A stretch of DNA of 64,000 bases, taken from positions 2,304,001 to 2,368,000 of the forward strand of contig OZ244653.1 in the NCBI GenBank assembly GCA_965218795.1, in the 5' to 3' direction. The position numbers and the translations under genes were made by a program. Shown in pieces: positions 21,893 to 32,556 of the stretch. Source of the DNA: a bacterium. GTDB lineage: Bacteria > UBA8248 > JACPRG01 > G963555815. The notes under the pieces were generated by a model. It saw only the letters and a program-made list of their open reading frames with translations. It was not told the origin of the DNA and searched no databases. Positions within the stretch are counted from its first letter, which is position 1; the number at the start of each line of letters is the position of its first letter.

Positions 21893-23266
21893 ATGCCAAG
21901 TGTCAACGCCGAGATCTTCAGGGAGTACGACATCCGGGGTGTCGTGGATGAGGATCTGGATGTCCCCACCGTACGAGCCATTGGACGGGCAATCGGCACA
22001 TACCTTCACCGGGGAGAGGGCACGACCTTCGCAGTCGGTCGGGACGTTCGGCTGAGCTCGCCGGCGATTCGCGTCAGTCTGATCGATGGGCTCCGGGCAA
22101 CGGGCGGTCGTGTCAGCGACATCGGCATCGTTCCGACACCGGTCCTGTACTTCGCGGCCGTCCATTTGGAAACGGACGGGGCCGTGATGGTGACCGCAAG
22201 TCATAATCCTCCTGAATTCAATGGGTTCAAGATCAGCCGGGGTGTCGAATCCCTGAGCGGAGATGAGATACGAGCGCTCATCCGGATCATCGAAGGACGC
22301 CAATTCGCTCAGGGCAACGGCCAGGCCGTTCGTACGGAGGTCATCGAAAGCTATCGCGAGATGCTGAACTCCAAGTTCTCTTTTGATTCATCCCTGAAAG
22401 TCGTAATTGACGGCGGCAACGGGGCGATGGGGGAGCTGGCGGTTGCGGTCATCGAATCCATGGGGCATCGGGTCATCCCAATGTACTGCGAGCCGGACGG
22501 CAACTTCCCCAATCACCACCCGGATCCTTCGGATGAAAAGAACCTGAGGGACCTGATTGAGGCCGTTCACCGGGAGGAGGCCGATCTCGGCATCGCTTTT
22601 GACGGCGACGGGGACCGAGTGGGGGTTGTGGATGAAAAGGGCGAGGTCATCTGGCCGGACTACCAGATGATTCTCTTCGCTCGCGATGTACTCTCCCGTC
22701 ATCCCGGGGCCCCCATCGTATTCGAGGTGAAATGCACGATGAACCTGCCCCGGGCCATCGAAGAAGCGGGAGGCCGGCCGGTGATGTGGAAGGCTGGACA
22801 CTCTTTGATCAAGAAGAAACTCAAAGAGGAATCCGCCCCGCTCGGCGGAGAGTTCTCCGGCCATACCTTCTTTGCCGATGATTATTTCGGTTACGACGAT
22901 GCCCTGTACGCGGCCCTTCGCCTCATGGATTTACGGGCCCGGGCGCAAGCGCCCATGTCGAGTTTATTGCGCGACATTCCGAAGCTGTACGCTTCCCCCG
23001 AGATAAAACTCGGCTGTCCCGACGACGAAAAGTTCGAAGTCGTCCAAGGGCTTCGGGATCGGCTGGAGGGTGAAGCCCCTCTCATCACAATCGACGGGGT
23101 TCGCGCGGATTTCGGAGACGGTTGGGCCCTGGTGCGCGCTTCCAACACGACACCGGCCTTGACTGTCCGGTTTGAAGCCGCTTCTGAACAACGCCTGGAG
23201 GCCATCCGCGAAATCATGTTCGGGCATTTGAAAACGTTCCCCCAACTGGAAGGTATCGATGATTAG
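21893..23266 (+). CDS. Phosphomannomutase/phosphoglucomutase (AlgC-like)
   Basis: IFREYDIRG, TASHNP, FPNHHPDP, DGDGDR, RASNT. Confidence 0.96.
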   Translation: MPSVNAEIFREYDIRGVVDEDLDVPTVRAIGRAIGTYLHRGEGTTFAVGRDVRLSSPAIRVSLIDGLRATGGRVSDIGIVPTPVLYFAAVHLETDGAVMVTASHNPPEFNGFKISRGVESLSGDEIRALIRIIEGRQFAQGNGQAVRTEVIESYREMLNSKFSFDSSLKVVIDGGNGAMGELAVAVIESMGHRVIPMYCEPDGNFPNHHPDPSDEKNLRDLIEAVHREEADLGIAFDGDGDRVGVVDEKGEVIWPDYQMILFARDVLSRHPGAPIVFEVKCTMNLPRAIEEAGGRPVMWKAGHSLIKKKLKEESAPLGGEFSGHTFFADDYFGYDDALYAALRLMDLRARAQAPMSSLLRDIPKLYASPEIKLGCPDDEKFEVVQGLRDRLEGEAPLITIDGVRADFGDGWALVRASNTTPALTVRFEAASEQRLEAIREIMFGHLKTFPQLEGIDD

Positions 23267-23870
23267 ACAGCTGTACGATTGGATGCTCCATTGGGCGGAT
23301 ACGCCTTATGGCGGGTGGGTGCTCGGATTGATCGCCTTCGCCGAATCCTCCTTCTTCCCCCTGCCTCCAGACCCTCTCTTGATCGCCTTGGCTCTGGGCG
23401 CCCCGGACAAGGCCCTTTGGTTCGCGACCGTGTGCTCGGCGGCTTCGGTCGCGGGAGGCGTTCTCGGTTACCTGATCGGGCGGGGATTCATGGAGGCTGT
23501 CGGGACCCGCATCCTTCGGTTCTACGGGGCGGAAGGAAAATGGGACTCCATGAAGCGCCTGTTCGAGCGTTACGATGCGTGGGCTGTGGCGATCGCGGGT
23601 TTCACCCCCGTTCCCTACAAGGTTTTCACCATTGCCGCGGGTGCGTTTCGAATCAACTTCAAGACCTTTGTCCTTGCCTCCATCCTCGGCCGGGCCGGAC
23701 GATTCTTTCTCGTAGCAGGCCTGATCTACATCTATGGGGATGTGATTCGCTTATTCATCGACGAATACTTCAATCTCCTTTCCTTCGTCTTCATAGCGCT
23801 TCTGGTGTTGGGCTTCATCGTCGTCAAGTTTGCCCTGGGACGTCACCGAAAGGCGCAACTCGAAACCTGA
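23259..23870 (+). CDS. YqaA/DedA (VTT-domain) membrane protein
   Basis: AESSFFPLPPD, FTPVPYKVF, GRAGRFF. Confidence 0.9.
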   Translation: MIRQLYDWMLHWADTPYGGWVLGLIAFAESSFFPLPPDPLLIALALGAPDKALWFATVCSAASVAGGVLGYLIGRGFMEAVGTRILRFYGAEGKWDSMKRLFERYDAWAVAIAGFTPVPYKVFTIAAGAFRINFKTFVLASILGRAGRFFLVAGLIYIYGDVIRLFIDEYFNLLSFVFIALLVLGFIVVKFALGRHRKAQLET

Positions 23871-24961
23871 TGAATTCCGCGGCCTTTGCGGCAGTTCTGG
23901 CGGGCGGGCCCGGCACGAGACTGTGGCCCCTGAGCCGAAAGCACAAACCCAAGCCCTTCCTGAAAGTCATCAGCGGGGATTCCCTGCTCGAGGCGACCTG
24001 CAAGCGCCTGCGGGGGGTGATCCCACCCTCTCGCACACTTGTGGTGACCGCGGCGGAAACCGCCGGGTTGGTCACCCAAGGGCTTCCACGACTCCCCAGG
24101 AACAACGTCTTGGCTGAACCGGAAGGACGCAATACAGCCGCCAGCATCGGATTCGCCGCCGTTCATGCCCGATCACGCAACCCGAAGGCCGTCCTCGCCG
24201 TCCTTCCCGCCGACCACCACATCGAGGAGGTGGACAGGTTCAGGCTCCTGCTTCAATCGGCCATCGCCTGGTCCTGGGAGACGGACGACATTGTGACCTT
24301 GGGAATTCCCGCAGATCGGCCTGAAACCGACTACGGCTACCTGCGGATGGGCGAAAGGAAAGGGAGCGCGGGGGGAATTCCCGTACAGGGGGTCGCCGCC
24401 TTTGTCGAAAAGCCCGATCGCCGCAAGGCGGGCAGATACGTGAAAAGTGGACGATACGCCTGGAACAGCGGCATCTTCGTCCTCACGGCGCACCGGGCTT
24501 TGGATGAAATTTCCCGACGGTTGCCCGCTCTGTATCGCGGTCTCATGAAAATTGACCGGGCCCTGGGATCCAGGCAAGAGGGCCGGGTCGTCAAGGAAAT
24601 CTTTCCAAGGCTGCCCGCCATCTCGATTGACTACGGTCTGATGGAAGAGGCGGCGGCGGAAGGACGGGTCGTCTCCCTCCCCTGCCGGGTCGGATGGAGC
24701 GACGTGGGTGACTTCAATGCGTTGGGTGTTCTGCTCCCCCACTCCTCCAGCGGAGCCATTGCCGCCAAGCATCACATCGGCGTAGACTGCGAAGGATTGA
24801 TCGTCTACGCTCCCGAAAAACTCGTCGCGACCGTGGGCGTGCGCGACATGGTCGTGATTGACGGGGGTGAAGCCATCCTGGTTGTCCCCAAGAAGCAGGC
24901 CCAGGACGTCCGAAAAGTCGTTGAGTTGCTGAAAAAAGGGAAACTGCGAGAGTTTTTGTAA
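23870..24961 (+). CDS. manC: Mannose-1-phosphate guanylyltransferase
   Basis: LAGGPGTRLWPLSR, EPEGRNTA, FVEKP, WNSGIF, SIDYG, WSDVG. Confidence 0.93.
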   Translation: MNSAAFAAVLAGGPGTRLWPLSRKHKPKPFLKVISGDSLLEATCKRLRGVIPPSRTLVVTAAETAGLVTQGLPRLPRNNVLAEPEGRNTAASIGFAAVHARSRNPKAVLAVLPADHHIEEVDRFRLLLQSAIAWSWETDDIVTLGIPADRPETDYGYLRMGERKGSAGGIPVQGVAAFVEKPDRRKAGRYVKSGRYAWNSGIFVLTAHRALDEISRRLPALYRGLMKIDRALGSRQEGRVVKEIFPRLPAISIDYGLMEEAAAEGRVVSLPCRVGWSDVGDFNALGVLLPHSSSGAIAAKHHIGVDCEGLIVYAPEKLVATVGVRDMVVIDGGEAILVVPKKQAQDVRKVVELLKKGKLREFL

Positions 24962-25001
24962 TGAATCGGAAACATGAAACCCCGGCTCGATGGGCGGGAC
25001 A

Positions 25002-25796
25002 ATGGATTTTGCAAAAGCGATCCTGCTCGGCATTTTGCAGGGCCTGACGGAATTTTTTCCCATCAGCAGTTCGGGTCACCTTGCGGTGATGCAAAAGATG
25101 CTGGGCGTAAGGGGTCCTGTCCTCTTCATGGACGTGATGCTTCATGCGGGCACGCTGATAGCGGTCCTGATTGTCTTTGCGAAAGACATTCGTCTCATTC
25201 TTGCGTCCATGTTTTCCAGAGACGGCGGAGAATCATCGGGCGCCGCCCGTCTGGGATGGTTGGCCGTGCTGGGGACCATCCCCATCGGGGTCGCGGGAAT
25301 CGCGTTTCACAAGTGGATCGAGCGCTCCTTCGAGAGCATCCCGTTGGTGGGCGGGATGTTCCTCATCACGGGCATTCTGCTGTTCTGCATCCGGAGGCGG
25401 GAAGGCGGCCGAAGAGAAGATGAATTGCGGGTCCGCGACGCTGTATGGGTCGGCATTTGCCAGGCCGTTGCGCTTCTTCCCGGAATCTCACGGAGCGGTA
25501 CGACGATTGGAAGCGGTCTGTTGTTGGGAATCGAGCGCGAGCTGGCCGTGCGTTTTTCCTTCATGATGGCCATTCCGGCCATCATGGGGGCGTTGGCGTT
25601 CAAGCTCCTCGACCTCCCGGGTCAGACGCAGGCCATCGGGATCGGACCGGTGCTGGTCGGCACGGCGGCGGCGGTGTTGATGGGCTATGTCGGTTTGAAG
25701 TGGTTAATCCGGCTCACCATCTCCGGAAAGCTGTATTATTTTGCTTATTACCTTTGGGCTTTGGGCCTGGTCGTGCTCCTGACCTTCTTTTTCTGA
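25002..25796 (+). CDS. uppP: Undecaprenyl-diphosphatase
   Basis: QGLTEFFPISSSGHL and PGISRSG motifs. Confidence 0.96.
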   Translation: MDFAKAILLGILQGLTEFFPISSSGHLAVMQKMLGVRGPVLFMDVMLHAGTLIAVLIVFAKDIRLILASMFSRDGGESSGAARLGWLAVLGTIPIGVAGIAFHKWIERSFESIPLVGGMFLITGILLFCIRRREGGRREDELRVRDAVWVGICQAVALLPGISRSGTTIGSGLLLGIERELAVRFSFMMAIPAIMGALAFKLLDLPGQTQAIGIGPVLVGTAAAVLMGYVGLKWLIRLTISGKLYYFAYYLWALGLVVLLTFFF

Positions 25797-25930
25797 GCCG
25801 GACTGAAAGGCCCCCGATTCCGCGCTGGCCGATTCCCCCGGCCCAGCCTGATTCATGCGATAAGCGCACAACAATAAGGAAGACGCCTTGAGTGTCTTCC
25901 TTCCTTTTTGCCTGGTTGAGCCCGGGTACC

Positions 25931-26848
25931 ATGAGCCCATCGGCCGTTTCACGAACGCAAACGAAAAATGAAAAGCACTGGACACTGCTCGTGGTGCACG
26001 CTCACCCGGACGATGAATGCAGCGGTACGGGAGGGGTGTTGATCCAGAGCGCGGCCGCGGGCCACACGACCGTTCTGATCAATTGCACCAATGGCGAGAT
26101 GGGAGAGGCCAAAGACCCGCGCTACCCCCTGAAGCCCAGGGAGAACCTTGGAGATCGAAAAAAACTTGTCGATCTCCGGCGTCGGGAACAGGCGGAGGCC
26201 ATCAAGATTCTGAACATCACCCATTTCTATGACTTGGGTTACAGGGACTCGGGCATGGACGGATGGGACCAAAATCAGGAGCCGGACGCGTTTATGAACG
26301 TCGACGTGGATGAGGTGGCGGGTCGAATTGCCGGGGTGATTCGGAAGCACCGGCCCGACGTCGTTGTCACGTACAACGAAAACGGCGGTTACGGCCATCC
26401 CGACCACATCATGACCCATCAGGCCACGATGGCGGCGCTCAGGGCCGCGGAGGATCCGGCTTATGAGACCCATGACGGCATGGAGCCCTGGCGGGTCCGC
26501 AAGCTGTATTACACGGCCTGGGCCCGTTCCGAGATGATTCGGCTGTGGAAAATGCTCAAGCTTCTCGGCCGAAAAACCCCGCTGGACAATCCGGACACCG
26601 ACCTGAGCAAGATCGGTACGCCGGATGATGACATCACCACCCGGATTGACATCCGGCGATTCCTTCACCGCAAGCGGAGAGCGCTCTATACCTATCGCAG
26701 TCAGATGGGGGTATGGGGAATCAAAACGTCCTGGTGGTGGGTCATGGGCCTGGCCGGCCGCTGGTTCTTCCGGTTCGAGTCCTTCGTCTGTACGCGGACC
26801 GATGTCGAAATCCAAGAACCGGAAACGAGTCTCTTCACGGGCCTTTGA
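25931..26848 (+). CDS. PIG-L family deacetylase (MshB/Mca-like)
   Basis: HAHPDDE, TNGEMG, YRDSGM, GGYGHPDH. Confidence 0.9.
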   Translation: MSPSAVSRTQTKNEKHWTLLVVHAHPDDECSGTGGVLIQSAAAGHTTVLINCTNGEMGEAKDPRYPLKPRENLGDRKKLVDLRRREQAEAIKILNITHFYDLGYRDSGMDGWDQNQEPDAFMNVDVDEVAGRIAGVIRKHRPDVVVTYNENGGYGHPDHIMTHQATMAALRAAEDPAYETHDGMEPWRVRKLYYTAWARSEMIRLWKMLKLLGRKTPLDNPDTDLSKIGTPDDDITTRIDIRRFLHRKRRALYTYRSQMGVWGIKTSWWWVMGLAGRWFFRFESFVCTRTDVEIQEPETSLFTGL

Positions 26849-26995
26849 AGCAGCGATATCCCCCTCGCATATCGGGACCCTTTCCAAACCGAGAGCTTTC
26901 CGGGTCTCCCCGCTCGCGCAACCGGACCCGAAGACAAAGCCGGCCCGCCTCCGCGCGCATCGGCCGTTCCGTGGACAAGTCGCCGAAGGGTCGAA

Positions 26996-28036
26996 CTAGA
27001 ACTCGGGCTTCAAGACTACCTTTCCGAAGTTTTCCCGCTCCTCCAGGATCCGGTGGCCTTCAGCGGCGTCTTTCAGCGGGATCACGCGATCGATCACAAC
27101 ATCGAACACGCCCATGTCGAGCAGTTTGTTCAGGGTTCTTGCCTCATTGATCAACCCGTAGTTCGACCCGATGATCGTGAGCTCTTTGTGGAAGATGTGC
27201 GCCAGGCTGGTCGAGATATTGTAGCCCGACGTCCCGCCGCAGGTGGTCAACCGGCCTCCCCGGACCAGACACCGGATGCTCTGATCGAAGGTGTCCTCCC
27301 CGATGTTATCGACCACCATATCCACGCCCCGCTTGTCGGTCAGCCGTTTGATTTCCTCCAGCACATCCTGGTCCTGATAGTTGATGGCGTGGTCGGCCCC
27401 GTACTTGAGCGCCTGTTCGCATTTCCGATCGCTCGATGAAGTGGCGAAGACCCGGGCCCCCGTCAGCTTGGCAATCTGCATCGCGGCAATCGAAACACCC
27501 GAGCCGGCGGAGTGAACGAGTACGTCCTCTCCGGGCCGCAATCCCCCCCGGGTGATCACCTGATGCCAGGCCGTCACATAGGTCATGCTGAACGCTGCCG
27601 CATCCTCATAGGATGTATTGTCGCCGATGGGAAGCCAGTCCTCGGCCAGGGCGTTCATGTATTGAGCGTATCCGCCCCAGAGATGGGCCCCGTAATATTT
27701 CCGTTTCACGGCGAGGTTTGTATTCCCCGACTGGTAGAACTCGTCCTTATCCTGGTCATCCACGACCGTCACGAACAGGACCACGCGATCACCGGCCTTG
27801 ACGTTCGATACCTCGGAACCCACCTCGACGACTTCCCCCGCCACGTCGCCGCCCAGGATGTGGGGAAAGGACTTGAACGGCTTGTAATCGCCCCGCCGGG
27901 CCATCACCTCATACCAATTCATGGACGTGGCCCCGACCTTGACCAGGGCGTCCTTCGGTCCGGGTTCGGGGGGTTCAATGTCTCCATACCGCAACACGTC
28001 CCGTTCGCCGTACTCATTGTAAAAAACCGCCTTCAT
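26996..28036 (-). CDS. MDR-family (quinone) oxidoreductase / alcohol dehydrogenase-like
   Basis: PHILGGDVAG, GGYAQY, AGSGVS, FGKVVL; structural Zn cysteines not evident. Confidence 0.88.
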   Translation of the reverse strand: MKAVFYNEYGERDVLRYGDIEPPEPGPKDALVKVGATSMNWYEVMARRGDYKPFKSFPHILGGDVAGEVVEVGSEVSNVKAGDRVVLFVTVVDDQDKDEFYQSGNTNLAVKRKYYGAHLWGGYAQYMNALAEDWLPIGDNTSYEDAAAFSMTYVTAWHQVITRGGLRPGEDVLVHSAGSGVSIAAMQIAKLTGARVFATSSSDRKCEQALKYGADHAINYQDQDVLEEIKRLTDKRGVDMVVDNIGEDTFDQSIRCLVRGGRLTTCGGTSGYNISTSLAHIFHKELTIIGSNYGLINEARTLNKLLDMGVFDVVIDRVIPLKDAAEGHRILEERENFGKVVLKPEF

Positions 28037-29487
28037 GGTCTCACGCTCCCCCATCGCTCTGTTCTTTCAATCCAACTCTCACACGCGGCTTCCCGAACCC
28101 GCGCATCTTCATCCTCAAGAGCCTTGGACAAGGCGCCTTCGATGACCGACTCTTGATCCGAATCTCCAGGGAATTCCGATCCGAAAGTCCCCAGTGCAAC
28201 GGCTGCGCTTCTTCGGACCGCTGGATCGGCGTCCATCAGCCCATCCAGAAAAAATTTCAATTGAACCGAACGGCCCGTCTGGGCCAGCACCTCGATGGAC
28301 TTTCGGCGGACCGTTGCGTCCTGAGACCGCAAGGCCTCCTCCATCACCGCCGGGGAAGAGGGTTCGCCCAGGATGGCGAGGCCGAAGGCCGCCCGATGAC
28401 GCAGCCCCTCATCCTCCCCCCGGGTCAACGCATTCAGGGCGCGGCGAACCTCCGCCAGTTCTCCGTCCGCCGCCGTTGAGGCGGAAACCGCCTGGGTGAT
28501 CCAGGAGACAAGGGAGTCGGCGACCCGTTTGCGGATCGACCGGCTCTCGTCCGTCAGCGCGTGGACCAATAGACGGCCGGCTCCCGCCGCCCCCGTCTGT
28601 CCCAGACCGAAGACCGCACGGCCGCGAACCTCGACCGAATCGTCATGCAGCGACTCGCCCAGCGGCTCCACGGCATTCGGAAAGGGCAGATTTCCAAGCG
28701 CGTAGGCCGCTCGCTTGCGGACCTTGGGAGACTCGTCATGGAGCGCGGCGGCCAGTGGAGGAACGGCTTCGGGCGTCTGCCAGTCGGCCAAGGCCTCAGC
28801 TGCGTTCCACTTTTCCGAAACCCCGCCCGTCCGGAGACGCTCGCTCAACGATTTCAAAACGGCGGGGCTTGCGATCCTCCCGAGGGCTTCGGCCGCCCGC
28901 TTCCGGACGGCGATACCCAAATCATCCATAGCATCCAGCAAGGCCGGAACGGCAGCGGGATCTTCCAACATGCCCAGGGCCTCCGCCGCACAACGCCGAA
29001 CCTTACCCGACTCATCCTTGAGCCGCTCCGTCAGCGGGCCGGTGGATGACAAATCCCCATCATTTCCCAATGCGAGACAGGCCGCCGCCCGAACGGAGGC
29101 TTCGGGATCGTCCAGCAAGTCCCGGAGGCGGGCCGGAAGGCCATCGCCGGGAAGTTCGGATAAGGCGAGGGCCGCCCTTTCCCGAGCGTCGGGGCTCTCG
29201 GATTCCGCCATATCGAGAAAGTAGCCCGTGACCGCCGGTTCCCCGATGGCGGAGAGAATTTCAAGAGCCCTCTTCCGTTGACCTGAATATTCTCCTTCCC
29301 GGTAGAGTCGGATGAGCCGGGACAACACGCCATCCGCACCTTCCCGATCGCCCTCGCAGGTCCCGTCCCTTGCAAGCCGTCTACCGGCTGCCAGAATGTC
29401 CCAGCCCGGGGGATGCGAATTCGCCAAAGAGTCGGTCCCTGCTTCAAGCGAGCGCATTGCTGTCACCGCTTCCATTCGATTCGACAC
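28033..29487 (-). CDS. HEAT-repeat (PBS-lyase-like) protein
   Basis: Repeated LxDxxxxVRxxAAxALG units; stop overlaps the next ATG (ATGA). Confidence 0.88.
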   Translation of the reverse strand: MSNRMEAVTAMRSLEAGTDSLANSHPPGWDILAAGRRLARDGTCEGDREGADGVLSRLIRLYREGEYSGQRKRALEILSAIGEPAVTGYFLDMAESESPDARERAALALSELPGDGLPARLRDLLDDPEASVRAAACLALGNDGDLSSTGPLTERLKDESGKVRRCAAEALGMLEDPAAVPALLDAMDDLGIAVRKRAAEALGRIASPAVLKSLSERLRTGGVSEKWNAAEALADWQTPEAVPPLAAALHDESPKVRKRAAYALGNLPFPNAVEPLGESLHDDSVEVRGRAVFGLGQTGAAGAGRLLVHALTDESRSIRKRVADSLVSWITQAVSASTAADGELAEVRRALNALTRGEDEGLRHRAAFGLAILGEPSSPAVMEEALRSQDATVRRKSIEVLAQTGRSVQLKFFLDGLMDADPAVRRSAAVALGTFGSEFPGDSDQESVIEGALSKALEDEDARVREAACESWIERTERWGSVRP

Positions 29488-29700
29488 GGCTACCCCGTGA
29501 ACGGGTCAGGAACAACGGAAGAACAGGCCGAAACGACTTGGCATTCTACCGCACCGCCGCAATCCGAATCCATAAGGGTTGTTTCTTGGTTCGAATCCTC
29601 GTCATGAACTCCGGAGGGGACGCGCCGAAGAATCGAATTCAGGCCAGAGGCCGAACTCCATCACCCCTTCGAGGGCGGAGTCGGCTCTCCGCGGGAGCCG

Positions 29701-30879
29701 CTATAATCCCAGGCGGTCCGGCAGCATGGAAGAAAGCTCCCACCCGGGCGCTTCCATCTCACGTCCGGCCATCAAGTCCGCGGTCATCTTGGCCGTGATG
29801 GGGGCGAGATTAATGCCGGAGCCTTCATGACCGGTGGCGTACCAAAGACCTTCCACCACGGAGGACGGTCCGATCACGGGATGATGATCGGGCGTCCAGG
29901 GCCTTAACCCGGCGATTTCCCGTACGACGCGGAGGTTGCCGAGAGCCGGGAACCATTCTTTGAAGGACTGGAGCATGGCCGCCCGGCCCTCCCCGGTCAC
30001 TCGTTCATCAAACCCGGCGAACTCCCGGGTCGTTCCCAGGACGCAATGCCCCGGCGCGTGCTGATCCAGCGTAAAGCTGAACAGGAAGCGGGGCATGGGA
30101 TCCTCATCAGCCCGCTCCCCGGCGGTCTTGTGCAGGACATAACTGGCGCTTTGGAGGAGATGAGGAGAGAGTTCTCCCGTTTTTTCCGTGTACAGGAGTT
30201 GGCCGCGGCGGGGCACGACGGGGAGTTGGAGTCCCAAGTCCTCAGTCAAGAAAGGGGACCAGACGCCCGCGGCGACCACAACGGCGTCGGCCTCGATATC
30301 ACCCTTGTCCGTGCGCACACCGACTGCACGGCCGCCCCGGGTGATGATCGATCGGACCGGCTCGTGCTCCCGAATCTCTCCGCCCCGCGAGACCGCGTTC
30401 GCCGCCAGCGCCTTTGCGATCTCCGCCGCGTCCACGAGCGCCGCCGACGTGTCCAGCAGGGCCGCCTCTACTTCAATGGCCAAACCCGGCGCCCGGCGCT
30501 TCACTTCCCGGCCTTCCAGCATCTCCGGCTTCGCACCCATGGCCTTGAGCTTCAGCAGTGAATCCTCCAGGTACTCCGAATACTCCGGGCGTCCCGGAGG
30601 CAGCAAGACCATCGAGCCCCGCTCATCGATGGTGAATCCGTTGTTCAGTTCAACCCGGAGGCGCTCATAGATCTCACGTCCGTAGATCGCCATGGCCGCG
30701 CGGTGATCGGGCGGGCGGCTGCAAAGGGCGAGGACGCCCGTATTCTTGGCCGTGGTGGCCTGGGCGATGGCGTCCCGATCCAGCAAGATCACCCGACGGC
30801 CGTCACGCGACAGGAATTGGGCGATCATGGTCCCGATGATGCCGCCCCCGATGATGACGACCCGATTCAAATCGTTCAT
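29701..30879 (-). CDS. FAD-dependent oxidoreductase, DAO/glycine-oxidase family (paralog 2)
   Basis: IIGGGIIG, GLRPWTPDHHPVIG, GHEGSGINLAP. Confidence 0.9.
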   Translation of the reverse strand: MNDLNRVVIIGGGIIGTMIAQFLSRDGRRVILLDRDAIAQATTAKNTGVLALCSRPPDHRAAMAIYGREIYERLRVELNNGFTIDERGSMVLLPPGRPEYSEYLEDSLLKLKAMGAKPEMLEGREVKRRAPGLAIEVEAALLDTSAALVDAAEIAKALAANAVSRGGEIREHEPVRSIITRGGRAVGVRTDKGDIEADAVVVAAGVWSPFLTEDLGLQLPVVPRRGQLLYTEKTGELSPHLLQSASYVLHKTAGERADEDPMPRFLFSFTLDQHAPGHCVLGTTREFAGFDERVTGEGRAAMLQSFKEWFPALGNLRVVREIAGLRPWTPDHHPVIGPSSVVEGLWYATGHEGSGINLAPITAKMTADLMAGREMEAPGWELSSMLPDRLGL

Positions 30880-30890
30880 GGGAAAAACGC

Positions 30891-32069
30891 TTATAACCCG
30901 AGGCGATCCGGGAGCAGGGCGGAAGGGTCCAGCTCCGGTATCCCGAGGTCCCGACCCGCCATTTGTGCGCAGATGATTTTTGCCGTGACGGGGGCGTGGT
31001 TGATGCCGTCGCCTTCATGACCGGTGGCATACCACAGGCCCTGAAGCTTGGATGAGGGTCCGATGACCGGATGATGATCGGGCATCCAGGGGCGAAGCCC
31101 TGCCACCTCCCGGGCGATGCGGAGCTTGGATACGTTCGGAAACCACTGCTTCGTTCCTGCCAGGATGGCCGTCCTTCCTTCCGAGGTCAGACGTTCATCG
31201 TAACCGGCGAACTCACGGGTCGAACCGAGTACGCAGTGACCGGGCCCGTGCTGTTGAAGCGTATAACTGAATCTGAACCGCGGCATGGCCTCTTCGTTGG
31301 CGCGTTCGCCGGCCGTCTTGTCGAGAACGTAGGTGGCGCTCTGAATGAGATGGGGGGAGACCATCTCGGCCTTTTCGGTATGCAGGATCTGTCCGCGCCG
31401 GGGAACGATCGGAATCCTGAGGCCCAGGGCCTCGGTGAGGAAAGGCGACCAGATGCCGGCCGCGACGATCACGGCGTCCGCCTCAATCGTCTCGCGATCG
31501 GTCCTGACGCCCGCCACCCGGTCTCCATGTGTCACGATGGACCGGACGGGCTCATGCTCGTGGACCTCGGTCCCCCGGGAGACCGCGTCCGACAGCATGG
31601 CCTTGGAGATCTGCACCGCGTCCACCAATGCGCCCGACGGATCCATGAGCGCCGCCTCGACGTCCACCCCCAGGCCCGCCACACGCCGTTTCACGTCTCC
31701 ACCGTCCAGGATCTCCGCCTCCGCGCCGAACGCCTGAATCCCCCGACAGTTTTCCTCGAGGAATTCCACCCCCGCCGGACTCCCCTTGGGAAGGACCACG
31801 AGCGTACCCTTGCGGTCGATATGGAATGCATCGTCCCATTCGACCTTCAAGGCCTCATAGATCATTCGTCCATAGAACGCCATGACCGCCCGTTCATCGG
31901 CCGGACGGCTGACCAAAGCGAGGACGCCCGTATTTTTGGAAGTGGTTCCGCGACCTATCGCGTCACGCTCGATCAGCGTGACCTTGTGACCGTCCCTGGC
32001 CAAAAAGCAGGCGAGGGTGGTCCCGATGATGCCACCCCCGATGATGACGGCTCGATTCTCACTGGGCAC
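30891..32069 (-). CDS. FAD-dependent oxidoreductase, DAO/glycine-oxidase family (paralog 1)
   Basis: IIGGGIIG, GLRPWMPDHHPVIG, GHEGDGINHAP; same length (392 aa) as its neighbour. Confidence 0.9.
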   Translation of the reverse strand: MPSENRAVIIGGGIIGTTLACFLARDGHKVTLIERDAIGRGTTSKNTGVLALVSRPADERAVMAFYGRMIYEALKVEWDDAFHIDRKGTLVVLPKGSPAGVEFLEENCRGIQAFGAEAEILDGGDVKRRVAGLGVDVEAALMDPSGALVDAVQISKAMLSDAVSRGTEVHEHEPVRSIVTHGDRVAGVRTDRETIEADAVIVAAGIWSPFLTEALGLRIPIVPRRGQILHTEKAEMVSPHLIQSATYVLDKTAGERANEEAMPRFRFSYTLQQHGPGHCVLGSTREFAGYDERLTSEGRTAILAGTKQWFPNVSKLRIAREVAGLRPWMPDHHPVIGPSSKLQGLWYATGHEGDGINHAPVTAKIICAQMAGRDLGIPELDPSALLPDRLGL

Positions 32070-32556
32070 TTGAATTGCTCCACTCCATTACGGAGACCGC
32101 CATCGGTCAGTCCCGAGACGGGGCGGCCTCCTGAAAGAACCTGTCAATCCGGGCCCGCGGTGCGGCCACGGGTATGCCGGGGCCATGGCCGTCATTCATA
32201 CGGCTTAGCATTTCAAATCGCATCCCATGACCTTTTCCATACACGCCGGAAAATTCCCTCAGTGATCTCCAGTTTTGGGGCATGCGCTCTGGGAGGACAT
32301 CTGGGAGACAGCGCGCCGCTGTGATTTTTCGGCGCCCACCGGGCGCCGCAGCCGGGCTGGGTGAGGATATCGAAACATGACGGAAGTCTTGTGCCCCGCG
32401 AAACCTGAGCAGGCTGCGCCTGTCCCCAGACCCGATGTGGGGCGGGCTTCCATCACGGCCCGGATTTTTCGTTCTCTTCAATTGTGCCATTCGATTGTTG
32501 TGAGGCAGTTCCGAATCAGAGCATCGGAAAGTGAGTGGAGGAAAACAGGACAAACG

